Source of the DNA: Chloropicon primus
Lineage: Eukaryota
NCBI GenBank assembly: GCA_023205875.1
Contig: CP060760.1
Location: forward strand, 558,001 to 622,000
Direction of reading: 5' to 3'
DNA length: 64,000 bases
Shown here piece by piece: positions 46,084-55,763 of this stretch. The position numbers and the translations under genes are program-made. Every line of letters begins with the position of its first letter. The first letter of the stretch is position 1. A model generated the notes under the pieces. It searched no databases and had not been told where the DNA came from. It saw only the letters and a list, made by a program, of their open reading frames with translations.

Positions 46084-46252
46084 AAAACTAACAGGTAAGT
46101 TAGGGGCCGGTTCTCCTGTTTCTCTCCGTGTTTCTCTCTTTCAGTGGAAAGGAGAACTTGCCTTTGTGCTTCCAGTATTGACTGTGATTTCCCTACCGTC
46201 CTTTCGTGACTTTTCTGTGTGCTGTTTTTGATCTGATGTCTGAACACCATAA

Positions 46253-46465
46253 CAAACAGTAACGGGCGCCGACGCCGTTGAGTACTACTACCACTTGTAC
46301 GACTCCGACCTGATGCACCTCGCCGCTTTCCAGGGCAGCAAGCAGGTGCTGCAGTGGCTGCGAAGCCAGGACCCGCCTTGCCCTTGGATCCCAAACAGGT
46401 GCAGAATTGTGGCGAAGCACCGCAATCACCAGCGCGTCATCGAATGGATCAATGCCAATTCTTAA
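46253..46465 (+). pseudogene. Ankyrin-repeat gene fragment (no N-terminus)
   Basis: Not in the ORF track; translates to ...LYDSDLMHLAAFQGSKQVLQWLRSQDPPCPW...HQRVIEWINANS*, same family style as 23835-25178. Confidence 0.7.
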
Positions 46466-46724
46466 CCAAGAACAATCTCTTCCTGTCATCGACCTTCGCT
46501 TTCCTTCCTGGTTCCTCCTCTCCTCCTCTCTTTGTTTCTTTCTCTTCATTTTCTCCCTTCCGCTGAACCATCATAACGGCCCGAGGCCACGAGGGCGAAC
46601 ACAAGAGGGAGGAGAACGAGAGAAACGAAGAGGACGGGAGCGCGCGGAGGAGGAAAAGAGAGAGAAGGAGGACCGAACAGGCGAAACGTTCGTCTCTTGC
46701 TCTTTCGAAAGAGCCGTCGCAACC

Positions 46725-48568
46725 ATGGTGACGAGGTGGGGACTTTGCTGGGGGTTGGTCTGCCTGTGGCTCGGAGGGGTCACTGATACTGTTGTTGCGA
46801 CCAAGTACCACGCTGGCAGGGGCGAGGAAGAATTGGACACGATCTTCAGCCACGGGGCGCTCAACGAGTACCACCTTCAGGTCGGAAAGAGCCAATGGGA
46901 ATGGCTCAACACTCACGAGCTCCTCGAGGAGTACGTCGAAGGAAACCTTTCGTTCAAGAACTTCAACACCCCGGGAGGCGTTGGATCAGAAGAGTTGTTT
47001 GAGAAGGTGGGCATTCGCTACAAAGGGTCGAAGGGCAGTTTAGAGTATTGCTTTTCCAATGCCACGTCGGGTAACGAAGGATCGTCCCAGGTAATAATTC
47101 CTTCCCTCTCTCGTCCGAAAACTCTTTCTCTCTCTCTTGACTGACACCGCCGTTCGGCAACTCGTGCGATAGTGGAACAAGCGCTTGTGCAAAAAGCTGT
47201 CGATCAAGCTGAGCTTTGACAAGTACGACGACAGGGGCAGGTTTTATGATCAGAAGAAGCTCAATCTTCATGCGTAAGTGGGATCTCTTGATCGCTCGCA
47301 TCCCAGCCCTCGCCTGACTTGCCTTCCTTCCGTCCGTCGCTTCGGCGGTTGCTTCCAGCATGCAGAATGACCCTTCCTTGATGCGGGAGTGCCTAGCTTA
47401 CCACCTGTACCGGTCGATGGGACTCAAAGTATCTCGCTGTGCGCACGCCAAAGTTTTCGTCAATGGCAGGTATGAAGGCGTCTACCTCGCCGTGGAGAAT
47501 GTCGACTCGCGGTTCTTGGAACACCACTTTGGCGAGAAGGAGGGAGTTTTGTTCAAGGAGAAATGGCCAGGCATCGGCGAGGACGCGAATCACGCGGACT
47601 ACTTCTTGGAGGGAGTGAAGAACAGGAAAAGCTCGACAACCAAGAGCGATATCGAGCCAATGCTCAAGTTCTCTCAGAAACTTTGGGACGCGAAGGACTC
47701 GGACGAGGTGGCTCACGCATTACACAAGTACTGGAATCTGGAATCGATCACTCGGGTGCTGGCGGTTGCCTCGGTTATCGACGACTGGGACTCGTTCTTC
47801 ACCTTCTTCCCCAGCGACCCGAATCGTCACCAAGATCCAAGCAACGGACAGAGGCGCTTCAATCACAACTTTTACGTCTACCAAGATGGAGGAGGCAAAC
47901 TTAACCTCATTCACTGGGACACGGATCTGACTTTCAGTGAGTACGGATCGGTGCTGGAATTATTCTTCGGTTTGCCGGCTTGGAACGTGCCATTATGCGA
48001 GCCTCACAACAGGAGGTCGACGACATGCACGCCTTGCAAGGAGTACTTGCCGTACAACGTGTCGCAGGGGTCGCCGACGAACGGTGGAATATTGCCAGGG
48101 GCGGGGTGCGATAAGATCCTCAATTTCATCGCGACGGACCCGGCGACCAGGGAGGGTTACTTGAAGGACTCCTGGTACTTCCTTCAACGCGTCTTCATCC
48201 CAAGCGAGCTGGAAAAGGTGGTTCGGGCTTGGCAAGCTCGCGGGCTGGAGGAAGCACACCGGTGCGACCCGAACTATCCGGCGGGCAAGGGCATATTTCC
48301 GGACCCCAGCCAGAACGGAACGGCGGTGAATTGGAAGGAGGAGGTCCAAAGCCTTCTGGGCACGATAAGGCAAGAGTACAAATTGGCCTTGGAGAGGACC
48401 AACCCAGTGTACCAGCCGCACGTTCCTGACCGGAAGAAGATTGGGAAGGTCTTCAAGTGCGTCACGGACTGCTCCAAGTTCATGTCAAGACACGACATCA
48501 AGTCGCTCTACACTTGCTACAGCATCTGCCTCCACGAGGTTTCACCATTCGCCAGCTCGCAGGTGTAA
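46725..48568 (+). CDS. Secreted CotH-family kinase-like protein (2 introns; boundaries of the first uncertain)
   Basis: Signal peptide, VGIRYKG, SIKLSFDKY, DPSLMRECLAY, VFVNG.Y.GVYLAVE.VD, DDWDS, NHNFYVY, WDTDLTF. Confidence 0.85.
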
Positions 48569-48586
48569 AGCATTAATGCATTACAA

Positions 48587-49369
48587 TCACATCTTGAGCA
48601 CTTTGCTCTCTGCCTTCTCCTTCGATCTCGCCCACTTTGCAAAGTCCTGCGGCAGGCTTCGCTTCAGACTCTCCTCAAGACGGCTGATGACCCCGCCCAA
48701 GATGGCCTCGACCGTCTCCCTGAGCAGCGGGAAGGTGCTGTACGGGAAAGGAACCTCCACGCCCAGGCTCATCTTCACCGTCCCGCGTAGTTTGTTCACC
48801 TTGGATGCCGGAGTTCTCTTGCTTGAACGCAGCCTGCCGTCCACCTTGAGCTCTGCGGGGACGCGTATCTCGTCCGGAAGGTCGCTCAAATCAATGTCAC
48901 TCACTTGGATGCCCAGCTGGCCTCCCTCGTTCCAAACCCTCAGAACTGCCCTCGGCGCGAACTTGACGCCGAAAAAATCTTGCTCCAGCAGCGTGACTTC
49001 CCACTTGCCCTCCTCCAGCAACCTCCTGCGAGATTCGTCGGGAAACGTCGCGTAAACTATCCTGTCCACCTGCTGCAGGTAAGCGTCCACCGTCCTTCCG
49101 CTGTTCAGCTCTACCATGGTGAACTCCGTGTCCCTCGCGGATGTGTACAAAGCCTCGCAGAGCGTCGACGGCCTTCGGTGCGACCGCCAGTCAGTAAGCT
49201 CGCCTTCCCTTAGCACAATCCATATTCGTTCCACTCACCTGTCATCTCCAGCGCGGTGGCGAAGCGTTCGCCCCGTATTCGCCCCAATGGCTTTGCCTTG
49301 GCGCGGTCTCGACCTCCCCCTGTGGCCCAGACGCCCTCCTCCCCCGAGGCCCCTCCCCAGGAGCCTCAT
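48587..49369 (-). CDS. DUF1997-like plastid protein (1 intron)
   Basis: ATFPD..R, W.VTLL..DFFG, V.VPFPYS..P; a phase-2 intron joins a transit-like first exon. Confidence 0.65.
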
Positions 49370-49753
49370 CCTCCCAGGATGCCCTTCCCCAAAACCTTCC
49401 CGTGGGCCAAAACGATCGCGCGAGGCACCGATGGAAAGCTCTCGCGACGAGGTTTTGATCTGAGCAAACTCAAACCTCCCGCACCGCCAACGTCCTTGTC
49501 GTTGAACCCCTTCCTTCCTTCCTTCCTTCCGCTCTCCGTCCCTCCGTTCCCTCAGATCAGTTTCCCTTGCCTCAAACCTTCCCGTGGGTCAAAACGATCG
49601 CGCGAGGTACCGATGGAAAGCTCTCGTGACGAAGTTTTGCCTGGTGTCCCTCCCCTCCCGCACCGCAAACGTCCTCGTCGTTGAAACTCGACTTATCCAA
49701 ACTTATCCACAACTTGATCCACAACGAGAGGTCAGAGAAGCAAGTGGTGAGAG

Positions 49754-50464
49754 ATGCTGCAGCGCGCGGTGGTGGGGGGAGTGCGACGGTGCCATGGGAT
49801 GGCAGCGGCATCGACGAGGCGGGAGGGCTTCTCGGAGATGTTTGCGAGGGAGACCGACAGGCGCGACGTCTCCCTGACCAAGGTCATGCATGGGATCTGG
49901 CAAAAGCAATGGAACGTTTGTCCTGGAATCCTCGTGGATGCGACGGTTGGAAAGGGAAGGGACACACTGGAGCTGGCGCGCATCAGTGGGACGACGGAGT
50001 TCCCGATTCATGGCTTTGATGTTCAGCCTCAGGCCATCGAGCAAGCCACCGAGCTTCTTAACAGGGAAGGATTCGTTGATGTCAAGCTCCACTGCCTGTC
50101 TCACCATTACTTGGGCCAGAGGCTGTCGGAGGAGGGCGTGGAGAGGGGGACCGTGGCCAACGTGTGTTTCAACCTGGGCTTCCTGCCTTCGTCGGACAAG
50201 ACCATCACCACGCAGAAGGAAACGACTCTTCAAGCTCTGGAACAGGCTTCTCTGTTCCTTCGGGAAGAAGGTCTACTTTCGGTATTGTCCTATGTCGGCC
50301 ACCCTGGCGGAGTGGAGGAGTACGAGGCCGTGCTCGAGTCGTGCCTGGAGCTCAGGGGCCGGGGCGGCTGGACCGTTCACCACTTCGATCCGCACCGAGA
50401 AGGGAGGGCACCGGAGCTCTGTCCCAAGATCATCATCTTGCGCAAGGACGAGGAAGAATCCTGA
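49754..50464 (+). CDS. SAM-dependent methyltransferase, YtqB/MnmM-like
   Basis: VDATVGKGRDT, GFDVQ, FNLGFLP..DK, YVGHPGG.EE. Confidence 0.88.
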   Translation: MLQRAVVGGVRRCHGMAAASTRREGFSEMFARETDRRDVSLTKVMHGIWQKQWNVCPGILVDATVGKGRDTLELARISGTTEFPIHGFDVQPQAIEQATELLNREGFVDVKLHCLSHHYLGQRLSEEGVERGTVANVCFNLGFLPSSDKTITTQKETTLQALEQASLFLREEGLLSVLSYVGHPGGVEEYEAVLESCLELRGRGGWTVHHFDPHREGRAPELCPKIIILRKDEEES

Positions 50465-50578
50465 CCACCGCTGTTGTGTGTGACTAAAACTAAGACTTTC
50501 TTTTGTTTTTCGTTTTGTTCTGCATTACCTGTACGAATAGAAAATAATTAGAAAAAGAATCCGCGTCCTCCACCCCCC

Positions 50579-52321
50579 TTACGCAGCGGACTCCGCCTTC
50601 CTCGCGCCCTCCTGCTCGTCCCCCCAGTTGTAAGAATCGTAGATCTCCAAAAACATGTCCCTGCACGGAACTTTGGCCTTGAGCTTGATGCAAGCCAAGA
50701 ACGCCCCGGAGAGCTTCCTGTGCAGGCTGTAAGCCTCCTCGGGTGGGGGAGTGAGGCGATGCTTGACCAGAGTCCCGGCCTTCTCCGAGACCCTCCCCGT
50801 GAGCTGGCCCTTGGTCTGGGCGAAATCGTACTCGCCATCCACGCTGAAGGGGATGCCCACGGTGAAGCCAGCCTCGCAGTGGGCATCCAGCATCACTTTG
50901 GTCTCATCCCCCGTAAGGAATCCCAAGCTCTTCGAGCACTCTATCACGTTCCCCTTGTCCCTCCTGGCGCAGGCGTGCACCATTTTGATGTAATCGTCAA
51001 CGAACTTCTTGGGATACTCCTTCGCGGCCCCAAAGTCGATCAAGTTCAATTGCATCGCATCCGCGTCATACAAAAAGTTGCTCCAGTTGGGATCCGTCTG
51101 CATGAATCTCCAGACGAAGAGCTCTTTCAGGGTCACGCCAAGGATCAGCTTTCCGAGGAAATCCCTGTGGTGCTGGGACAGCTGGCTGACCTCGTCCAGG
51201 GGGATTCCCTTCACGAAGTGAGTGCACAGCACCCTCTTGCCGCACAGAGGCAAGTGGACATCCGGCACGAAAACGTTCTCCTCCCCGGCAACGAGCTCCC
51301 TGTACTTGCGCTGGGCCTGGGCCTCGTACGTGTAGTCGCACTCGAGGGCGAGCTCCTTCTTGGCGACCTCAACGGCGTTCTCGATGTACATGCCCTTGGG
51401 AAGGAGGCTCGTCGTCCGCACCAGTCTCATCAAGTTGTCCACGTCCGAGGAGATGGAGTCCGCCACGCCAGGGTACTGCACCTTGAGAACGACGTCGGAC
51501 CCGCACTCTTTCAGCTTCGCCTTGTGAACCTGGCCTATGCTGGCCGCCGCCATCGGCTCCCAGTCAAAGTCCTCGAGCTGGTCCAGCCAGTCGCTGTCCA
51601 GGTTCGTCACGAGCTGCTGCTCCAGCTGGGACCTCGGCATGGCGTCCGCGCCGTGCCTCACCCTCTCCAGAACTTGCTGTATCTGGGGGGGAATGAGGTT
51701 CTCGTCCTGAATGCTGAGCATCTGGCCAATCTTCAGGGCCGCCCCCCTCATGCGGCACAGGGCCACGGCGAGCTTCTCCGCGTTCCCGGGGGTGAGCACC
51801 GCGCTGTAGCCCTTCGCCTCCTCTCCGCCGCTCCACGCGCGCCTCGCGGACTCCCACGCAGTTCCGGCGGCCAAACTCGCGCCGAGCATGCCAAACCCGA
51901 ACACCCGGGAGATCGGGCTCGAGGGCACGGTCCTCTCCCTCAGCTCGTACTTCCTTGGACCACCCTGGCCGCCCGCTGCGTCCTTGGCGACCGCCCCGCT
52001 GCTGGTGGACGCCTCTCCCCCCGCGTGCCTCTCCTGCCCGCCCGCCTCGCCCGCAACCTCGTCCTTCGTGGCCTCCCTCCTCGACGACCCCGTCGCCTCG
52101 GCAACGACGCCCTCGACCCCCTTCTCGCGCTCGGCGCCCGCCCTCTCCCATGGAGCCGAGGAGGCCGCACCGCCGCCGCCCTCCTTCCGCATGCCCGGAT
52201 CCCTCGATCCAGCAGACCCCTCGGATCCTAGCTTCACCGCCGCACTCCCGTGGCGCGCCACGAGGGCCACACCACGCATGACCTTCACCAGGTCACGAAC
52301 TCTCACGTCCATCACAGACAT
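50579..52321 (-). CDS. COQ8: ABC1/COQ8 atypical kinase
   Basis: [46 protein letters not shown]. Confidence 0.95.
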   Translation of the reverse strand: MSVMDVRVRDLVKVMRGVALVARHGSAAVKLGSEGSAGSRDPGMRKEGGGGAASSAPWERAGAEREKGVEGVVAEATGSSRREATKDEVAGEAGGQERHAGGEASTSSGAVAKDAAGGQGGPRKYELRERTVPSSPISRVFGFGMLGASLAAGTAWESARRAWSGGEEAKGYSAVLTPGNAEKLAVALCRMRGAALKIGQMLSIQDENLIPPQIQQVLERVRHGADAMPRSQLEQQLVTNLDSDWLDQLEDFDWEPMAAASIGQVHKAKLKECGSDVVLKVQYPGVADSISSDVDNLMRLVRTTSLLPKGMYIENAVEVAKKELALECDYTYEAQAQRKYRELVAGEENVFVPDVHLPLCGKRVLCTHFVKGIPLDEVSQLSQHHRDFLGKLILGVTLKELFVWRFMQTDPNWSNFLYDADAMQLNLIDFGAAKEYPKKFVDDYIKMVHACARRDKGNVIECSKSLGFLTGDETKVMLDAHCEAGFTVGIPFSVDGEYDFAQTKGQLTGRVSEKAGTLVKHRLTPPPEEAYSLHRKLSGAFLACIKLKAKVPCRDMFLEIYDSYNWGDEQEGARKAESAA

Positions 52322-52768
52322 GGTTTCCCTCTCCCTCTCGCCGCCTTTGGCTGCTTCAGGACAAGGCGAGACACCAAGCGAGTGAACCCCGTCCGATGAC
52401 CCACCAACCAAAAGCTCTTGAGACGTGCTCTCGCGACGTGAGCCTCTCCACTCTCCCCTCGTCCTCCCTCGCGGCCGATCCGGCCGATCCCCTCCCTCAA
52501 CCTGACGCGCTCCTCGCTCCAGCGCTTCTCAGCCAGGAGTTCATTATCTTCTAGGAGCAGCACCAAGGCCAAGGTGAGTGAGCGGACGAGGACGAGGACG
52601 AGTGGTGCAGGGGGAGGACGGGTCACCGACGGACGCATCGTCTCCTCTGTATCTTTCGATGGACACCTCGCTTGCTCGATGAGACGCACAAGAGAGAGTG
52701 TGGCGTTCTGAAAGTGCATCTGAATAATCTTCTAGGAGCAACAACTGGAGGGCGCACAAAGGTGGAGG

Positions 52769-53344
52769 ATGAGGGGGCAAAACCGGGGCTTGCGCCTTCA
52801 CTCCTTGCCGCAGAGCTCGAGCTGCGAGGCTGCGAGGATGGCGAGGAGGAGAATCTTCCTGTCTCTCGGTGGGCTGGGAGTGTTAGGGAATCTGGCGGGG
52901 AACTGCCGATCGACTTGGGCGAGGGAGGAGGCGAGGGAAGTATCCTGCGACGTCAAAGTCGAGCAGCTTCAGGGAGGTTTGGGACCAGATGATGTTCCGG
53001 CGAGGCTGACGTTCGCACTCACAGAGAAAGGGACGGGGAACCCGATACTGTGGAAGGACCTGTCAAGCTTTTCCTCCACGGGCAGCAAGCCACACGCTCT
53101 CCACGTCCATGTGTACGACGAGGATGACCCAGACATTCCTGGAATTGAGGTGGGCCACGTCCACCCGGAAGACTTCGGCAATCCCTCCGCCTCGAGGGAT
53201 GGCAAGTACGACGTGGAGTTCGAGTTCCCGCACCCCGGAGCCTACACCGTGGAGCTCAGCTACCTCCTCGCGTCGTCCAACAACGGTGCTGCCAAGACGA
53301 TCAGGGTCCCGGTGACGCTGGCGTCAAAGTTCGAGGGCGCCTGA
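52769..53344 (+). CDS. Hypothetical protein with twin-arginine-like targeting and His motifs
   Basis: ARRRIFLSLGGLG; HALHVH, HVHPEDF, FPHPGAY. Confidence 0.55.
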   Translation: MRGQNRGLRLHSLPQSSSCEAARMARRRIFLSLGGLGVLGNLAGNCRSTWAREEAREVSCDVKVEQLQGGLGPDDVPARLTFALTEKGTGNPILWKDLSSFSSTGSKPHALHVHVYDEDDPDIPGIEVGHVHPEDFGNPSASRDGKYDVEFEFPHPGAYTVELSYLLASSNNGAAKTIRVPVTLASKFEGA

Positions 53345-53485
53345 CCGGAGGGGCTCGCACGGTGCGTGTGAAACCAAAAAGGCGATTTGTCGATTTGTGT
53401 CATGTATTCTAGAAAAGACAAGAGTGTTACTTACGGTAGGTAACCTACCCATCCCAAAAAAAGAAAGATCTGTCTGTTCTGCCGC

Positions 53486-54922
53486 TTAGAAGACCCGGGG
53501 CACGAAGACGTAAGGCACCCGCTCGCAGTACTTGACCCAATCCTTGCCGTACTTGTGCTTGCACCTGGAAGTGTCCCTCCACGTCCGATGCAGGATCATG
53601 CAAAGGAAGAAGAAGGGGTAAAAGTAAGGGACAAAGCTCCCGAAGCCGCAGATCAGTCCCCACGTCAAGGCCATGATGAAGTCCGAGGTGTAGTGAATTT
53701 TCCTCGCGTACTTCCAGAACCCATCCACGAGAAGCTTGGACCCGCACTCGGTGCTCATGTACTTTGGCTTCTCCAGGTCGCTCCAAGGCAGCTGGGGGAA
53801 GGCGTGCTTTCTCTTGATGTACACGCCGCCGTTCTCCTCCTTTGCTCGGAACAGATTTTTTTGAGACTGCGACACGTCCCACACATAGTAAGCCGAGAGC
53901 AGGAGGCCGTAGCACATGAGCTTGTACGCGAGCGGGTGGGTGGTCTCCTCCTTGTTCCTGTACCGCACCAGGTACATGCTCTGCAGGCAGTACATGAACG
54001 GGACCCCCGTGAAGTTCCAAAAGATGAGCATGAAGCCAAACTTCTCGTAAAAGATGTCCCACGTCATGGGAATGCACTCCTCCCCCTTCATCACGGCGTT
54101 GCTGTACAAGAAGTGCGCGAGCAGGATGAACCACATGTTCCCGTCCCTCAGGACGTGGAACCCCAGAGCCTGCAGGGAGTCTCCAGGCCCCGCCGGCGAG
54201 GAGGCCGCCTGGTCCAAGGCCTCCAGCTGCGCCTGCTTCACGCTCGAGCCGAAGGTCAGCATGAAGAGGAGGATCCAAGAGACCCTCCCCTCGGCGAACA
54301 TCTTGAGGTCCACCCTGCCCACCCTCGGGTGGAGGACCGCGCCGAAGAAGAAGTCGTGGACGTGGTCGCCCGTCATCCTGTACGAGTTCCCCGTCGCCAG
54401 CGCCCCAAAGTACAGCAGGACGGCGAAGACGTCGCTGAAGACGACCGCCACCGTCAGCACCTCCCCGTAGTGGTCGTGCAGCCTCGCCCAGTTAAATATT
54501 CCCGCGGCTTGCGTGACCAGCATGACCCCGAGGGTCAGCCACCACGAGGACAGGCCGTTGATCAGGTACGACAGCCGCTTGGTCTCGTCGTACTCCACGG
54601 GGCGGCCCCTCAGCTCCGGCCCAGGCATGAAGGCGGCCAGGAGGAGCTGGCCCACGAAGAAAGTGGAGTAGAACGCGACCGCGAACGCCGTGGGCCTCGC
54701 GTGCTCCGAGATCGCCGCCCTCATGTCCGACCAAAGTTCCCGCCCGTCGAAAAGGGGGTCCCTCAGCTTGGCGTCGTTGTGGACCAGGCAGTACCATAAA
54801 TAATAGAGGATCCAATGCGACCACGCGATCAGGAGGAGGTTCCCGAGGGTGCCCCCCATCTCCTTCGGCTGGTGCTCCTTCGGCCCCGAAGGCGGAGCAC
54901 CCCTGCCGACGCACCCGTTCAT
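53486..54922 (-). CDS. ERG4/ERG24-family sterol reductase (Delta24(28)-like)
   Basis: LHPRVG.VDLKMF, WDIFYEKFGFMLIFWN, LLVDGFW.YARKIHY, KYGKDW..YC..VPY. Confidence 0.9.
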   Translation of the reverse strand: MNGCVGRGAPPSGPKEHQPKEMGGTLGNLLLIAWSHWILYYLWYCLVHNDAKLRDPLFDGRELWSDMRAAISEHARPTAFAVAFYSTFFVGQLLLAAFMPGPELRGRPVEYDETKRLSYLINGLSSWWLTLGVMLVTQAAGIFNWARLHDHYGEVLTVAVVFSDVFAVLLYFGALATGNSYRMTGDHVHDFFFGAVLHPRVGRVDLKMFAEGRVSWILLFMLTFGSSVKQAQLEALDQAASSPAGPGDSLQALGFHVLRDGNMWFILLAHFLYSNAVMKGEECIPMTWDIFYEKFGFMLIFWNFTGVPFMYCLQSMYLVRYRNKEETTHPLAYKLMCYGLLLSAYYVWDVSQSQKNLFRAKEENGGVYIKRKHAFPQLPWSDLEKPKYMSTECGSKLLVDGFWKYARKIHYTSDFIMALTWGLICGFGSFVPYFYPFFFLCMILHRTWRDTSRCKHKYGKDWVKYCERVPYVFVPRVF

Positions 54923-55763
54923 CCTATCTATCTCTCGGCCTGCCTCCAGCGAGCGAGCGACGCCACTTGACGTGGTATGTGCCCTCCCTCGGAAAGCGAA
55001 GGCTCCGGAGCGTCAAGACGAGTCAAGTTCGGTACCAATCGAAAGACCGCGAGACGTACTTTCGCACAACCACCCTCTCCCTCCCCTTGTGCCCCCTCCA
55101 CTCGACGACCGGAGCCGCCAACCAACTCGAGCGTTACCCACTCGAGCGTTAATGTTAAGCCCTTCGAGCTAGGGTTTCCTCCGAACCCCAGAAACCCTAA
55201 CTCCACAAGATGTGCGTTTTTAGTGTACCGAATACCGTACACTTGTACTAGGGTTTTTTTCCCGCCAACGACGGGATTTGTACAGGAAAATAATTATTCC
55301 GTCGAATAATAAAGTTTTGAGGCGCGGAGACCACTGGTGTGAGGTGGACTCGGTGCGGCACGTTGTCGCGAGGAGTTTGGGAACGAGGGAGGTCGAGGGT
55401 CGTGTCGAGGTCAGGAGGACGCGAAATATTGTCTCACGGGCTTTCGATAGACCCCTCGGTTGTTGGATTCGGTGCGTGGGAAGTTGGGGAAAAGTCGCGG
55501 AGTGGGGTGGACGCTCTAGGAGGAGGAGACCTCGAGGAGGAGAGGGGAGGGAGAGGCCCCGAGGGCTCGAGGGGGAGAGGAAGGCCCCGGCGTCGAGGAG
55601 GGAGGGACGGGAGGCCTGACTCGAAGTCCTTTGACGACCGCGTCGGAGGCGTCGGGCGACGCGAACGGGAGGGGGAAGCAGCCCCGTGAGGTTGGTCTGA
55701 GCTGGCACAGCTCTCGGACGTCTAGTACAGAGAGGGCGCCAGAAGGACTGGTGGAAGAGTCGA

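Noticed and set aside
43790..46260. Terminal inverted repeats, target-site duplication or a transposase for the Fanzor element
   Set aside because: Only short, gapped matches by eye; no recombinase or DDE ORF nearby
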